Origin: Felis catus
Taxonomy: Eukaryota
Reading direction: 5' to 3'
DNA: 64,000 nucleotides
NCBI RefSeq assembly: GCF_018350175.1
Contig: NC_058368.1
Span: 82,834,001 to 82,898,000 of the forward strand
The notes beneath the pieces are model-generated. The model saw only the letters and a list, made by a program, of their open reading frames with translations. It made no database searches and was not told where the DNA came from. Below are positions 1 through 11,665 of this stretch, one piece after another. Within the stretch, counting starts at the first letter, position 1. Each line of letters starts with the position of its first letter. The position numbers and the translations under genes are program-made.

Positions 1-226
1 TCAGTCGGTTAAGCGTCTGACTTCGGCTCAAGTCATGATCTTGCCATTCCCCAGTTCCAGATCTGTGTCGGGCTCTGTGTTGACAGCTTACCTGGAGCCT
101 GTTTCAGATTCTGTATCTTCCTCTCTCTCTCCCTCTCTCTGTCTCTGTCTCTCTCTCTCTCTGCCCCTCCCCTGCTTGTGCACACACACACACTCTCTCA
201 AAAATAAACATTAAAAAAAAAAAAAA
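1..226 (+). mobile_element. CAN-SINE (SINEC, felid type), 5' end outside window
   Basis: tcagtcggttaagcgtctgacttcggctca body, (CT)n tract, AATAAA and A tail. Confidence 0.9.
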
Positions 227-1346
227 GGAATCAACTCAGTGTCCACTCATCCCCTCATAGCACTAGTTTTTCTGTTACCACTCCCCTCTGCCTTTGAACA
301 CCACAGAAGCAAGCTGCTTTATTCATTTCATATTCCAGAGCCTAACACTGGTTCTGACACAGAGTAGGCACTTAAATGAGTGAACAAGTCAATTCACCCT
401 TTGTTGGTTCCACTCTGGGACACTCTCAGGAAAGAAAAGCATCTGACCATGTGGCCCATGGAGGACCCCTATCAGCTCCTAGACAGGAGGTCCCATGGAT
501 GCTCTGCAGCTCTCCTGGGGGCTGCTGCAAACCACAGTCAGCCTGTACAAGTTCAGCCAAGTGGGACACGCCCTGGCTTCCCTCATATCCATGAGCCAGG
601 CCTCTAGTGCCAAGAACAAGGGCTTTCTTTAAAGAGGGAGGAAGGAGCAGCCATGATGCCCAAGGTGACTTGAAAATGCCACATGCACCCTGCGTCCCCT
701 CCACCGCAGCCCGTACTTGCCCTGCTGCTGCTCGTTCAGCAGGAAATCTGTGGGGGGCTCCTCACCTCTCTTGGGAGGGTCATTTCTTATTCCAGGCAGA
801 GAGAATCCATCCATGACTTCCAGGTAACCTGCCCAAAGAAGCAGACACACACATTCTGGCACAGGTGTTGCCCACCATGGGAGCCAGTCAGTGGTGGTCT
901 GCTATAGCAGCCTGACGAAGACCTAAGCAGAGAAGGTACAATGTCCCTCTGTGAACTGACAACAGCAGCATATTGGCAACTGCTGAAGCTGGTATGGGTC
1001 CATGTTATTACTCTCTCTCCTGTGAATGTTTAAAATTTCCAGTAATAAAATGTTAAAAAGAAAATTCATCTCAGATGGGGATTTTTTTTCCAGTTGGTTC
1101 ATATGTTCACAGACGAATTGAAAGAATACCTTGTCCTCTTCCGTTTTTCATTTTTATGGGTCTAATTGCTGAGACTGTGTTGATGTATGAGGGAGCAGAG
1201 GGGTCTTGTTACAAAAATTCCACCTAATTCTTTAAATTTCTTTCAAGTTATACACCAAATGTTCCAGTTATCTATAATCACAAATTACTTCTGAGGGTTT
1301 ACCATCCGATAATCCTCTCAATCTTACTGAAAGCAAAGACCTGCCT

Positions 1347-1572
1347 TATTTATTTATTTATTTATTTAACTTTTTTAATGTTTGTTTTTGAGAGAGAGAG
1401 AGAGAGAGAGCATGAACAAGGGAGGGGCAGAGAGAGAGGGAGACACAGAATCTAAAGCAGGCTCCAGGCTCTGAGCTGTCAGCACAGAGCCCGATGCGGG
1501 GCTTGAACCCATGAACTGTGAGATCATGACCTGAGCCGAAGTGCTCAACTGACTGAGCCACCCAGGCACCCC
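1347..1572 (-). mobile_element. CAN-SINE
   Basis: Reverse complement of ggggtgcctgggtggctcag head, (GA)n, T-rich tail; flanked by aaagacctg duplication. Confidence 0.9.
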
Positions 1573-1586
1573 AAAGACCTGACTTT

Positions 1587-1788
1587 TTAAAAAAAATTTT
1601 TTAACATTTATTTATTTTTGAGACAGAGAGCGACAGAGCATGAACAGGGGAGGGTCAGAGAGAGAGGGAGACAGAATCCGAAGCAGGCTCCAGCACAGAG
1701 CCTGATGCGGGGCTTGAACCCACGAACTGCGAGATCATGACCTGAGCCGAAGTCGGACGCCCAACCGACTGAGCCACCCAGGCGCCCC
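1587..1788 (-). mobile_element. CAN-SINE
   Basis: Ends gagccacccaggcgcccc; TSD aaagacctgacttt on both sides. Confidence 0.9.
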
Positions 1789-2168
1789 AAAGACCTGACT
1801 TTTAAAAGGATTTGTTATTCAATCAGTTGACTCATTAATTTTCTGTTCCTGGGAAGCAGGCACAGAAGAAGACTTTACCAGGACTTATCAAATAACTACT
1901 AATCACACCTGCTACCCTTTCATTCTTAGAGGTAAACAGTTTAATCTGATCTATTCAAGAAAACTTGGTGGGTGGAGTTCAAGGCAGTAATTTCAGTACA
2001 TGTTTGTCAGTACAATATTTTTACAGAGAGTTTACGAAAGCCTTGGATTGTAGATTTAATTAATGCAATTTATGGAAAATAGTGACCATGTAACCTCTGC
2101 CAGTTAATCTTTGTTTTTAGACCAATGAGTCAAAATCAGGCTTATTTTCTCAGAAAAGTATAACTTTG

Positions 2169-2475
2169 TTTTTTTTTTAAGTTTATTTATTTTGAGAGAG
2201 AGAAAGAGAGCAAGCGGGGAGGTGCAGAGAGAGGGAGAGAGGGAGAATCCCAAGCAGGTTTCATGCTCTCAGCGTGGAGCTAGACACAGGGCTCCAACTC
2301 ATGGACCCGTGAGATCATGATCTGAGCTGAAACTAAGAGTCAGACACTTAACCGACTGAACCACCCAGGTGCCCCCAAGAGTTTTAAGTAAACTTTACAC
2401 CCAACATGGGGTTTGAAACCACAAACCAGGGATAAAGAGTCACATATTCCACTGACTGAGCCGGACAGGTGCCCC
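2169..2475 (-). mobile_element. Two CAN-SINEs, one inserted in the tail of an older one
   Basis: Two caggtgcccc head ends (~2375 and ~2475); outer TSD ataactttgtttt. Confidence 0.8.
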
Positions 2476-3994
2476 ATAACTTTGTTTTCAATTCAAATAA
2501 ATGTGAAATTTATGTCTCAAAATGAGGACCAATTTATACAAAGGAATCAGGAACACATCTTGTTAAGAGATTACTAAATGCAGTAAAGTCAAGATTAAAT
2601 TTATGTAGAGCTAACAGTCTGTTTCTTACTACCTAAGGTAATGCAGTATAATGTGTAGCTAAACTTAGAGGAGTTTGTGAAGCAGAGAATATGATAATGG
2701 GAGCTATGTTGCTTCAGTAAATGGCAGTACATGAGTATATGAAACTCTAGTATTGGGCTTTAGGAATAGTTAATTTATTTAAAAACTAATCAATAAACCC
2801 TTTAATTTTGTTCTGTACTACTACCAAACATTTTACACATATTTAATAGTCAAATATATATTGCTAAAAACAATTCTGCCTGGCAACTAATCTATATGTT
2901 TATTTCTTAGTCAATAGCAAGTAGAAATATTTAATTGTATGAAAAATGACTGCAATTGGGAAATAAACTTGATAAAAAACAGATTTTCAGCTGCTATTTC
3001 AGCCTTCACTAAATACACTGTTGTTCCCCAAATTCTCCTTTGGGAACCGGCTCATTTGCTCATTCTGTACTCACAATCTGATTAAGTCTAAAACACATTC
3101 ATTCTGCTTTTTTAGCCTTTTGGAAATCGTTCTGTGACCTCAAGCTCACACCCTTCTCTGTGTTCCTAAACTGTCTCTCAAACCTCCTCCTGTATGTCCT
3201 TGAACTCATCTTAGAAGCAGTATTATCATTCAGGTGTGTTGCAGACAAACCATGTGATGTGCCAAAGACCAGCCAACCTGTAAGGGAAAGAGATCTTACA
3301 CCAGGTCTTTGCTGTACCAAATTACTGGGTCTTTCTGCCATTTGTTCGCTCACCCAAACCCTTAAATGCCATCCCTCCTCCAGCTTACTACTTAAGAAAT
3401 GATACAGGAAAATCTACATCCCTTAAATGTGAGAAACGTCTGGAAAGTTGTGTAGTCTCATGATACTTTCTGCTTGCCTTGAATTCTGTCCAGAGGAAAT
3501 CCCACCCGTTTAGAGTGGAAGAGGCTGGGTGAGACCAGCAGAGGCTGCCATCTTTCCGCCCAGCCTCCCCTCTGTGCTTCTCCTCTGGCAAACATGGCTT
3601 CACTAATGACAGGAAGCTCCAAAGGTGAAACATGGGCAGTAGAGTTCCCCACTGGGAACAAATGTAATTTTTTAACCACAGACTTCAAGTACTGACTCGG
3701 GCTCAGACTCACAAGCCATGACCTGAGCTGACATCGAGTCGGATTTCAGACTGAGCCAAACAGGCACCCCTCGTGGACCACAATTTAAAGAATTGAACTC
3801 CTTTGGCTTTTTCTCTGCTTGTTTAGATATTGTTTTAAAACTAAAATTACATGACAGGACATTCCTGCTTTACTACAAATGTGATTCACAATGGGCACAG
3901 TCACTTGCTCCTACTCCTGTTCCCCAATAGCTCCACGAGGGTGGGCTGGCTGGGCTATGGGTAAGCCTGAGGGCTTAGCATTCATGGTTTATAA

Positions 3995-4403
3995 TGCTGG
4001 GTCTCAATTGTGACTGTATTTGGAAACATGTGAGACTCTGGAAAACACCCAAGCCTGTGTTCTATACCCAGATTTCACTGGCCTGGAATGGGGCCCAGGA
4101 ACCAGTAGTTTTTAAAGCTTTCCAGGTGATTTTTTTTTCTTATTAAAAAAAAAATTAACATTTATTCATTTTGAGAAAGACAGAGCATGAGCAAGGGAGG
4201 GGCAGAGAGAGAGAGGAAGACACAGAATCTGAAGCAGGCTCCAGGCTCTGAGCTGTCAGCACAGAGCCCAATGTGGGGCTCGAACTCATGAACTGCGAGA
4301 ACATGACTGGAGCCAAAGTCAGAGTCTTAACCGACTGAGCCACACAGGTGCCCCATAAAGCTTTCCAGGTGATTCTAATGTGCAGCCAGGTTCAAAAATA
4401 ACT
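3995..4403. mobile_element. MER5-like hAT-Charlie MITE interrupted by a SINE
   Basis: ggggcccaggaacc...ttttaaagctttccaggtgattctaatgtgcagccaggtt, characteristic of MER5A. Confidence 0.55.
4130..4354 (-). mobile_element. CAN-SINE
   Basis: Typical body; TSD taaagctttccaggtgatt on both sides. Confidence 0.9.
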
Positions 4404-6089
4404 GATAGGTAGCACGGTGTTCATGGGAAAATGCTGAGTAGCAAAGAATGCCCAATCCTCTACTCCTCAACAAATATTTGAGAAAATGCTACTTCCAGGA
4501 ATATGACATGCAAGTCTCTGCCCTCAAGAAGAGGGAAACACTCCAGTAAAAGTCAGCAACAATAGGTGTCTAGGAGCCTTGGAAAAGGTGTCTTGCCCAG
4601 CCTGGAAGCAAGAAAGGCTTCCTCGGTGAGGAAGTAGTGCCTGGGTTGAGTTTTAAGCAGGACCCAATGCCTCACTTACATGGTGACTTACACTCACATG
4701 GTGTGTAGGGAATCAGATGTCTTGCCCACTAGAGCTCCGACATCAGCTATGACTCCAGGGTGGGAGTCCGCCATTGGATATTTTCATGGTGGTTTCGTGT
4801 TGGCTATTTGTAATTCAGATGTTTGATAGAAAGAAATCCCCAAAGGCCTGCAATACCTTGCCAAGAGGAGGTAAGCCATAAAATCTTCATCCTTCAATAT
4901 TACTTTCCCTACCAGTGGTGAAAATTCTCATTTGCACAATTCAATTAATGTATGAGTAACAGTGGCATTTAACATTTACTAAGTGCTCTGAGCACTTTAT
5001 GCGTCTTATTCCATAAAAACCTTATGTGGTAGGTCCTGCAATCTATCCCATTTTGCCTATGAGGATAACAACTCACTCAAGCTCACATTCAGGTATGCAC
5101 ACACATATACACACACATTAAGTGATGAAGGCAGGTCTGTCTGAAGATGAAGATGTAGGTCTGTCTGAATGCACAGCCCAAGCTCTCAACCACTATGCTC
5201 ATTATCCTCAGCAGGAGAGTAAGTGTGTGCTTATCAAGCATTAAAGCTATAATGTCCAACAAAGTAGGTCCTTAGCTTTGCTGGTGCCTTACCTCAGTTT
5301 TGTTAACAGTCAGATGGTGGGAGTCCTTGCATGGAGAGGGAGCCTGGCTTCCAGTCTCATACATAATATAGGGCAGGAGAGAAGTCGTGGGTTCCTTTTG
5401 CAGTTCCACAAGCACAAAGAGTATCCAAGGTCAGGCTGGTTTCTATGCTCACCACTCCTGCTTTTTTCTTCACCAGCAAGAGCAGGTGACCTTTACTCAG
5501 GAACCCTGTTCCAAGCAAAGTGCCCTCTGCCTCCTCCTTAGCAGGAGCAAACAAGACTGGAAGATGATTGGCTTTGTGTTGTCACGATACATCGCATAAA
5601 GGGACTCAGCTGGCCAGCATCAGGTTCCTGGTAGCCTTTCACTTGCATGTGTGTGGAAAGTCCATTCACTCATGTATTCAACTAGCATTTATTGAGTGCC
5701 TGCAATGTGCCAGGCACTGTGGAGTCAGCAGACCCTGTCAGTTCCTGCCTGCCTCACTCTGCTGGCTGTGAATTTGAGATGGTCATTTAGCAGAGCCAGC
5801 TCTGCTTGGCAGAAGAGAAGAGCCCCTTCGCACCAGCAAAACCCTCTGGGGTCCTGCCCCCCCCCCCATTTTCCCACCTATAAGGGGGCTCGTGAACTGT
5901 CCTCAGTTTATCATCCAGTTCTTTCTTGCTGAGTGGAAAGTTTCTGTCTGATCCACTAGATGAGACATTGTGCTATTTGTTTCCCATATGCTCTATAGCT
6001 CATAGGGCATATTGAAAGTTTGTCCAGATTTCTTCCCCTCATTCCTGTATTTTTCCCTTTTACATTTAGTTGATTTTTAAAAGTAAAAT

Positions 6090-8130
6090 GCTTGAATTCT
6101 TTATTTCCTTTTGCATGAAATCTACAGCAATTTTCTTTGTGGTTACCATGGGGATCAACATCTTAAAGTTATAACATTCTAATTTGAATTTGTAGCAGCA
6201 TAAGTTGAATAAGCATACAAAAACTCTGCTCTCTTACAACTCTATCCCTCCCCCTTTACGTTGTTGATGCCACAAAATTACAACTTTATACACTGTATGT
6301 CCCCAAACCAAAACTAATTCTTCTAAATGCAGTAGTCTCCTGAGTAACGGAGAAAACAAGACTTGGAGTCACAAAGCCAAGTTACAATAATACTAGTTTT
6401 ATAATAATTTTTTTTCTTTATATGTATTAGTCTCTGAAATCACTTAGCTAAGAAAAAAGTACAGTTACAAACCATTGTTATAATGCCAGCATCTATAATT
6501 GACCATACATTTACCTTTATGAAGATATTACTTTCTCCACACAGCTTCATCAAGGTAGTGTCTAGTGTCCCTGCAGGACTCTGCTGAACATTTACTGTGG
6601 GACATATCTAGTGGTCACAAACTCCCTGAGCTTTTTTTTTTTCTAAGAATGTCTTGATTTCTTCCTCACTTTTGGAGGACTGTGTTTGCCAGATATTTGA
6701 TTCTTGGTTGACAGGTTTTTTTTATTTTAGCACTCTTACTTTGAGTGCTTATAGGTCTTCTGGCCTATAAATTTTGATAAGAAATCTGCACATAATCTCA
6801 TTGAGGATCCTGTGTATGTGACGATTTTCTTCTCTCTTACTGCTTACAAGATTCATTCTTTTTCTTTCAACTATAATGTGTTTCGGAGTTTGTAGAACTT
6901 CCTGGATGTTTGGGAAGCTTTCAGCCATTTATTTCTTTGAATATTTGCACTGCCCCTTTCTCTCCCTCTTCTCCTGGGACACCCACAGAGTGTATGTTCG
7001 TCTACTTGATGGTGTCCTACAGGTCTCTTAGGTTCTGCTTGCTTTTCTTCAATCTTTTCTTTCTGTTCCTCAGCCTGGATAAATTTCATCATCCTGTCTT
7101 TACGTTCACTGATTTTTCTGTTTGCTCAAATCTGCCTTTGAATCCTTCTAGTGAATTTTTCATCTCCGTTGTGGTATTTTCAGCTCCAGAATTTCTTCTT
7201 GGTTTCTTTTCAGGTTTTTGATCACCCTGTTGGTATTTCCATTTTGTCCATACATCATTTTGTTGACTTTCTCCACTTCTCATTAGGCCTTTGAGCATCT
7301 TTAGGTCCATCGTTCTGGAGTCTTTGTCTAATAGATCTGCCATTAAGTCTTTCTCAGGGACAGTTTCTGTTGAAGTTTTTTCCTTTGAATGGGTCACTTT
7401 CCTGTTTGTCTATGATATTTTGTGAAACACTGGACGTTCGAATCTAAAATGTGTAACTGTGTAAATCAGTTTCTCCTCCTTTCCCAGGATTTACTGTCTT
7501 ATTATTGTATGCTCTACGCTGAGGATCAGCCTGAGGTGTAAAGTGTCTTATGTCTATTCTGAGCCTTTCCTTGGGCATTCATGGCCACTTCCTAATTTTC
7601 CCTGTACATGCAGCTGGTTTTCAAAGTCTTAGTCTTTAAAGTCTGGCTCCCCAAAGGAGAAAAGCAAAACTGAGGTCAGGGCAGTGGGAGGTGGGTGGGT
7701 GGAGTGCTGCCCCTTTAAATATCCTGAAAGTCACTTCAGCCGGGAGGTGGGAGTGGGGTGGGGGAAGGGGATTGCATTAATGGGGGAGATAGAATGAGAA
7801 TGCCTGTCTGCCTGCACCTCTTTGATCAAAACCAGCAATCAGCAAAGCACAGATGCCCAACATTTGGAAGACAGGGTCCTTTTTACCCACCTTAGTTCCT
7901 GTAAGTTGTGGGCAAGGTGCTCACATGGCCAGGGGTGGGGGATGGGTAGCTGCCACTGTGTGAAGAGCTAAAATTTACTGTCCAAGTCTTCCCCTGGAAG
8001 TTGTGAGCCTTCAAGAGACTGGAGTTCCAAATAGTTACATCAGACAGGTTCTATGAGTGTAATTGTTGTCCACATGGAGGGGACAGATTCCTGGGGTGTC
8101 CCACTCCACCATCTTCCCAGAATCCTCACT
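6090..8130 (-). mobile_element. Old L1 fragment (5' region, ORF1 and inter-ORF)
   Basis: Minus-strand translations resemble L1 ORF1 coiled coil (EMKNSLEGFKGRFEQTEK; IQAEEQKEK), many frameshifts. Confidence 0.7.
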
Positions 8131-8871
8131 GGAATTGATTGGCTTTTACTACCTTCTTATTTCACATGACTAAAACTCTCCCATTTATACAAACCAGGCC
8201 CACAACAAGCATTCGCAATAGATTGGGTGGTGATGGAAGCAAAAGTTAATTAAAATTATGCTCAAACCAACTAAGCCATTAATTGGTGAGGATCAAAAGT
8301 GTTGACACATCTGATTTCATTCCAATGACTTTTTTCAGTTTTCAGATTTAGTGTAGCGTCTCCAGTCTGGAGAATTTGTAACGAAAATGTTACATTCCTG
8401 CACTGAATCAATACTAAATGAGGCCCAATTCAACCTTATAGGGTTTTTCTGTTCTTTCTCCAATTCCTAAAATACAATGCAGTTTGGCCAAGACTAGCAT
8501 TGGAAGGTGGAGGGAAATGTGCCAGGCTTGGTGAGGATAGCAGTTTAACAGGAAACAGAGGGAGCATTTTCTTGGGGAAGAAAAAAATGAGCAGGGGGAG
8601 GGTTGGAAGGCTGCTTGAGTAAGGTATGGTTTGCCAATGGAAGATCCTAAGTAACTGGACCTTAAATGTGCAACATAAAAATCAGTCTTGTGGAGACCTT
8701 ATTTGTGTGTAAAGGGTGAATGGGGGTTGACACTGGAGTCCCCAGACTACAAGCAGTCTACTGTACTAATACATGTACACAGTGAGATGGCCACAGAAGA
8801 TATACTGCTGAAGAAACCTAGCTTGCAATAGGTCAAGCAGAGGAATCAAAACCCCAAATTTCAAGCCCAGG

Positions 8872-9263
8872 TCTAGCAGGCGGTAGCCCCAAAAGACATC
8901 CAAGTCCAAACCACCAGACCCTGTGATTATGGCCGTTTATATGGCAAAGATTTAGGGCCACTAATCTGCTGCCTTCAAAACAGGGAGATCATCCTAGATT
9001 ATCCGGGTGGCTTAATGTAAACGTAAGGGCCCTTACATGGAAGAAGGAAGCAGGAGATGTAGGTGCTAGCAAGCGGGCCACGAACCGACAGAAAACGTAA
9101 AGGGAAGGGAACGGATGCTCTTCTGGTGCCTCCAGGAAAGGCAGCCCAGCTGACACCTTGACTTTGGCCCTGTGAACTACAGAAACGTCGGAAAACAAAT
9201 TTGCGTTGTTTTAAGCAACTAAATTTCATGTCATTTGTTATGACAGGAAGGGGAAACTAATAC
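8872..9263 (+). mobile_element. MaLR (MLT1-like) solo LTR
   Basis: ccccaaaagacatcc...tatatggcaaaga...gggagatcatcctagattatccgggtgg...gacaccttgacttt...tttgttatgacag...aaactaataca. Confidence 0.7.
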
Positions 9264-10634
9264 ACTGCATACTCAAAGTTACTCAACAGAAACTGCAAGA
9301 TTGAGAAATGGGGACAATTTCAGGGTTTTTAAGATCTAGGGATGTAACTCAGCTTAAAAGATGCCCCTCTTCACTTTACGATCTCTGAAGATCCAACATG
9401 GTAAGCACCCTTCTAGGCCTTCATCTAAGACAAAAGCTATAATCCACACCAATATTTAAAACAAAAGCAGTATCTGCTAAAGACACATCACAGTTTATGT
9501 ACTTAGGGTCAAATTAATGAAAACGAAATAGGCCACCCTAAAATGTAATGGTGTCAGGTCCATGAATGTTGAGCGAAAGACGGTACAATTTTTCGTATTA
9601 TATAAAATAACTGGATCGAGTTCATTTAAAATAGTTGTAATTACATAGGAAAATAAAATGAACATGTAGGGCTGCATTGATTAGAGTTGGGATGCTATCA
9701 TATAGAAACCAGAATTATCAAGGTTGAAAAAAAGGGTATTAGGTTACTTTGACCAGAAGAGGTAAAAGGAAAAAAAAGTGGAAAGCCACAAATGAGATGA
9801 GCCAAGAACATGGTGGCTTAGAGGCCAAAACTATTTGTCACCCCCTACTTTAGCATAACAACTTGTGTTACGAAAAAACTCACCTAAGATGGCAAGTCAT
9901 GGGATCTAGTTGGCTCCACCTTGAGCAAAAGTCTAGGAAGCGTTCTGTGAGAAGTATGCAAGGTCCTAAGGAAAATGTGTTATACATAACACAATTGGTC
10001 TGAGACTGCAGGCTTCAAAAGGGTTTCTGGGTGCTGCACATTCTCTTTTCCAGTTGTAATTTTAATCAAGTCAGTATAGATGAGAAAAAGACCACTGTAT
10101 ATCCAAGATATCCCATCTGTCCTACTGTTGGCCTAGAAGGAAAACCCAGTAGTAGAAGCTTGCTCTCAAGGTACCCAGTGTGAACTGAAAACACCATCAA
10201 CTACTCACAGTGCTTTCCCTGCCAGACTGTGCTCCAGACTGTGCTCAAAGAGGGGAGAGACCTGGAGCCTGTAAGACCTTCCCAGTATTCTGTAAACACT
10301 ACCTTCTCGATTGGCATGCTAATTACGATGCTATGAGAAAAAGTGTTCCCTGTTCAAAAATGTCTAGAAACAGCTTAATTAAGACTACCTGTCTCCCAAT
10401 CCTCATGGCACTAAATGTTTCACGAGTCAGCCAGGATGTGGATATTCCACAAGGAGCCTCACCTAGGGTAGCTTCTCCCTCACCTGACCACAGAGCTGAG
10501 AAAACACAGCTTAGAAAATGCTTATTCAGACATGAAAATCAGCATGCTGAAAAAAGGGGGTATGGGAAATAATGGAATCTGGGTATTATACAATGAAAAT
10601 TGCACAAAAGAAGACACACACATGAAGATACTGC

Positions 10635-11665
10635 TGACATGAAAGCCTTTGCTTTTAATTTGGTCGATACACATTTGACAAAATATTTTGGAACAAAATA
10701 ACCCACGAACAGGTACAAGGTATTTACAGTAACAACCGTGGAAAACAGACAATTGACGTACTCTCAAACAGAAACGTCTACTTATAAAATTTTCTACTGT
10801 GAATCTGGAAGACTCTTCAGTTCCTACTCATTACCAGGTCTGAAATCCCAATAGGTGGCGCATGAGGCCCAGGGGCAGAAGTGTAGTTCTGACACATTTG
10901 GCAGTTAAGGATCATCTATTGGTGTGAACTCACAGGTAAGAAAAGAGCCAGAATGGAGCGGGGGGGGGGGGGGGGGGGGGGGGGGAGGGTCAGTGCAGTG
11001 TGGAAGAACCCAAAGGGAACATCTAAGGACAAGACCTAAGTCTAAGTCACACTCATCTTTCCCAGTCTCCTAGAGGAGAAGGCTGCAAATATTTTCAAAC
11101 TTACTTGACCCCTCTTCTTTTAGCAGAAAATCAGCAACCCTGAGACTCCAATTTTCCATGACGTAAAAGCTAATAAACATCTAGAACTGCTCAAAATTCT
11201 AACTTTATATGATCAAATAGGAACTTCAAAATAACTTTTATGATCTGAAAATAAGGAGAGAAAAAATTTCATGCCTAATTGTTAAACATTCCAACTAATA
11301 ATTTCCATTGTCTGAAGTCAGTTTCACAAAAAAAGATACACTTTATTAGATGTTTTAAATCGAGTACAACTTGCTCTGGATTAAGTGGACCGCCTACATC
11401 TTCATATTATTCAAATACATTTAAAGAAATTAGAGAAATCTTAATCCACCTGGAATATAGTTACGAATTTATTAACTTAACAAGACAGCCACATAAACAG
11501 AGGCCATGAAAAAAAGGACCAAATGCTTACCCTTTGTAACACTACCGAGACAAACACGGTACATCATACACATCAACATCTACCATTCCAACTATGCTAC
11601 TTAACTAGGCTTTACAGTTTCAACAAACAACTCTGTAGATCGTATATCCACGCCAAGTGTAAAAA
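10635..11665 (-). other. CHAMP1: CHAMP1 3' UTR (putative extent)
   Basis: Follows stop codon; ATTAAA (minus, 10654-10659) with GT/T-rich tract just downstream; AATAAA also at 11342-11347 and 11468-11473. Confidence 0.55.
10960..10985 (+). repeat. Poly-G run (26 nt)
   Basis: Directly visible homopolymer. Confidence 0.9.

Noticed and set aside
3099..3278. Minus-strand acceptor followed by a short ORF (MSSRTYRRRFERQF...)
   Set aside because: No recognisable homology and no supporting gene structure.
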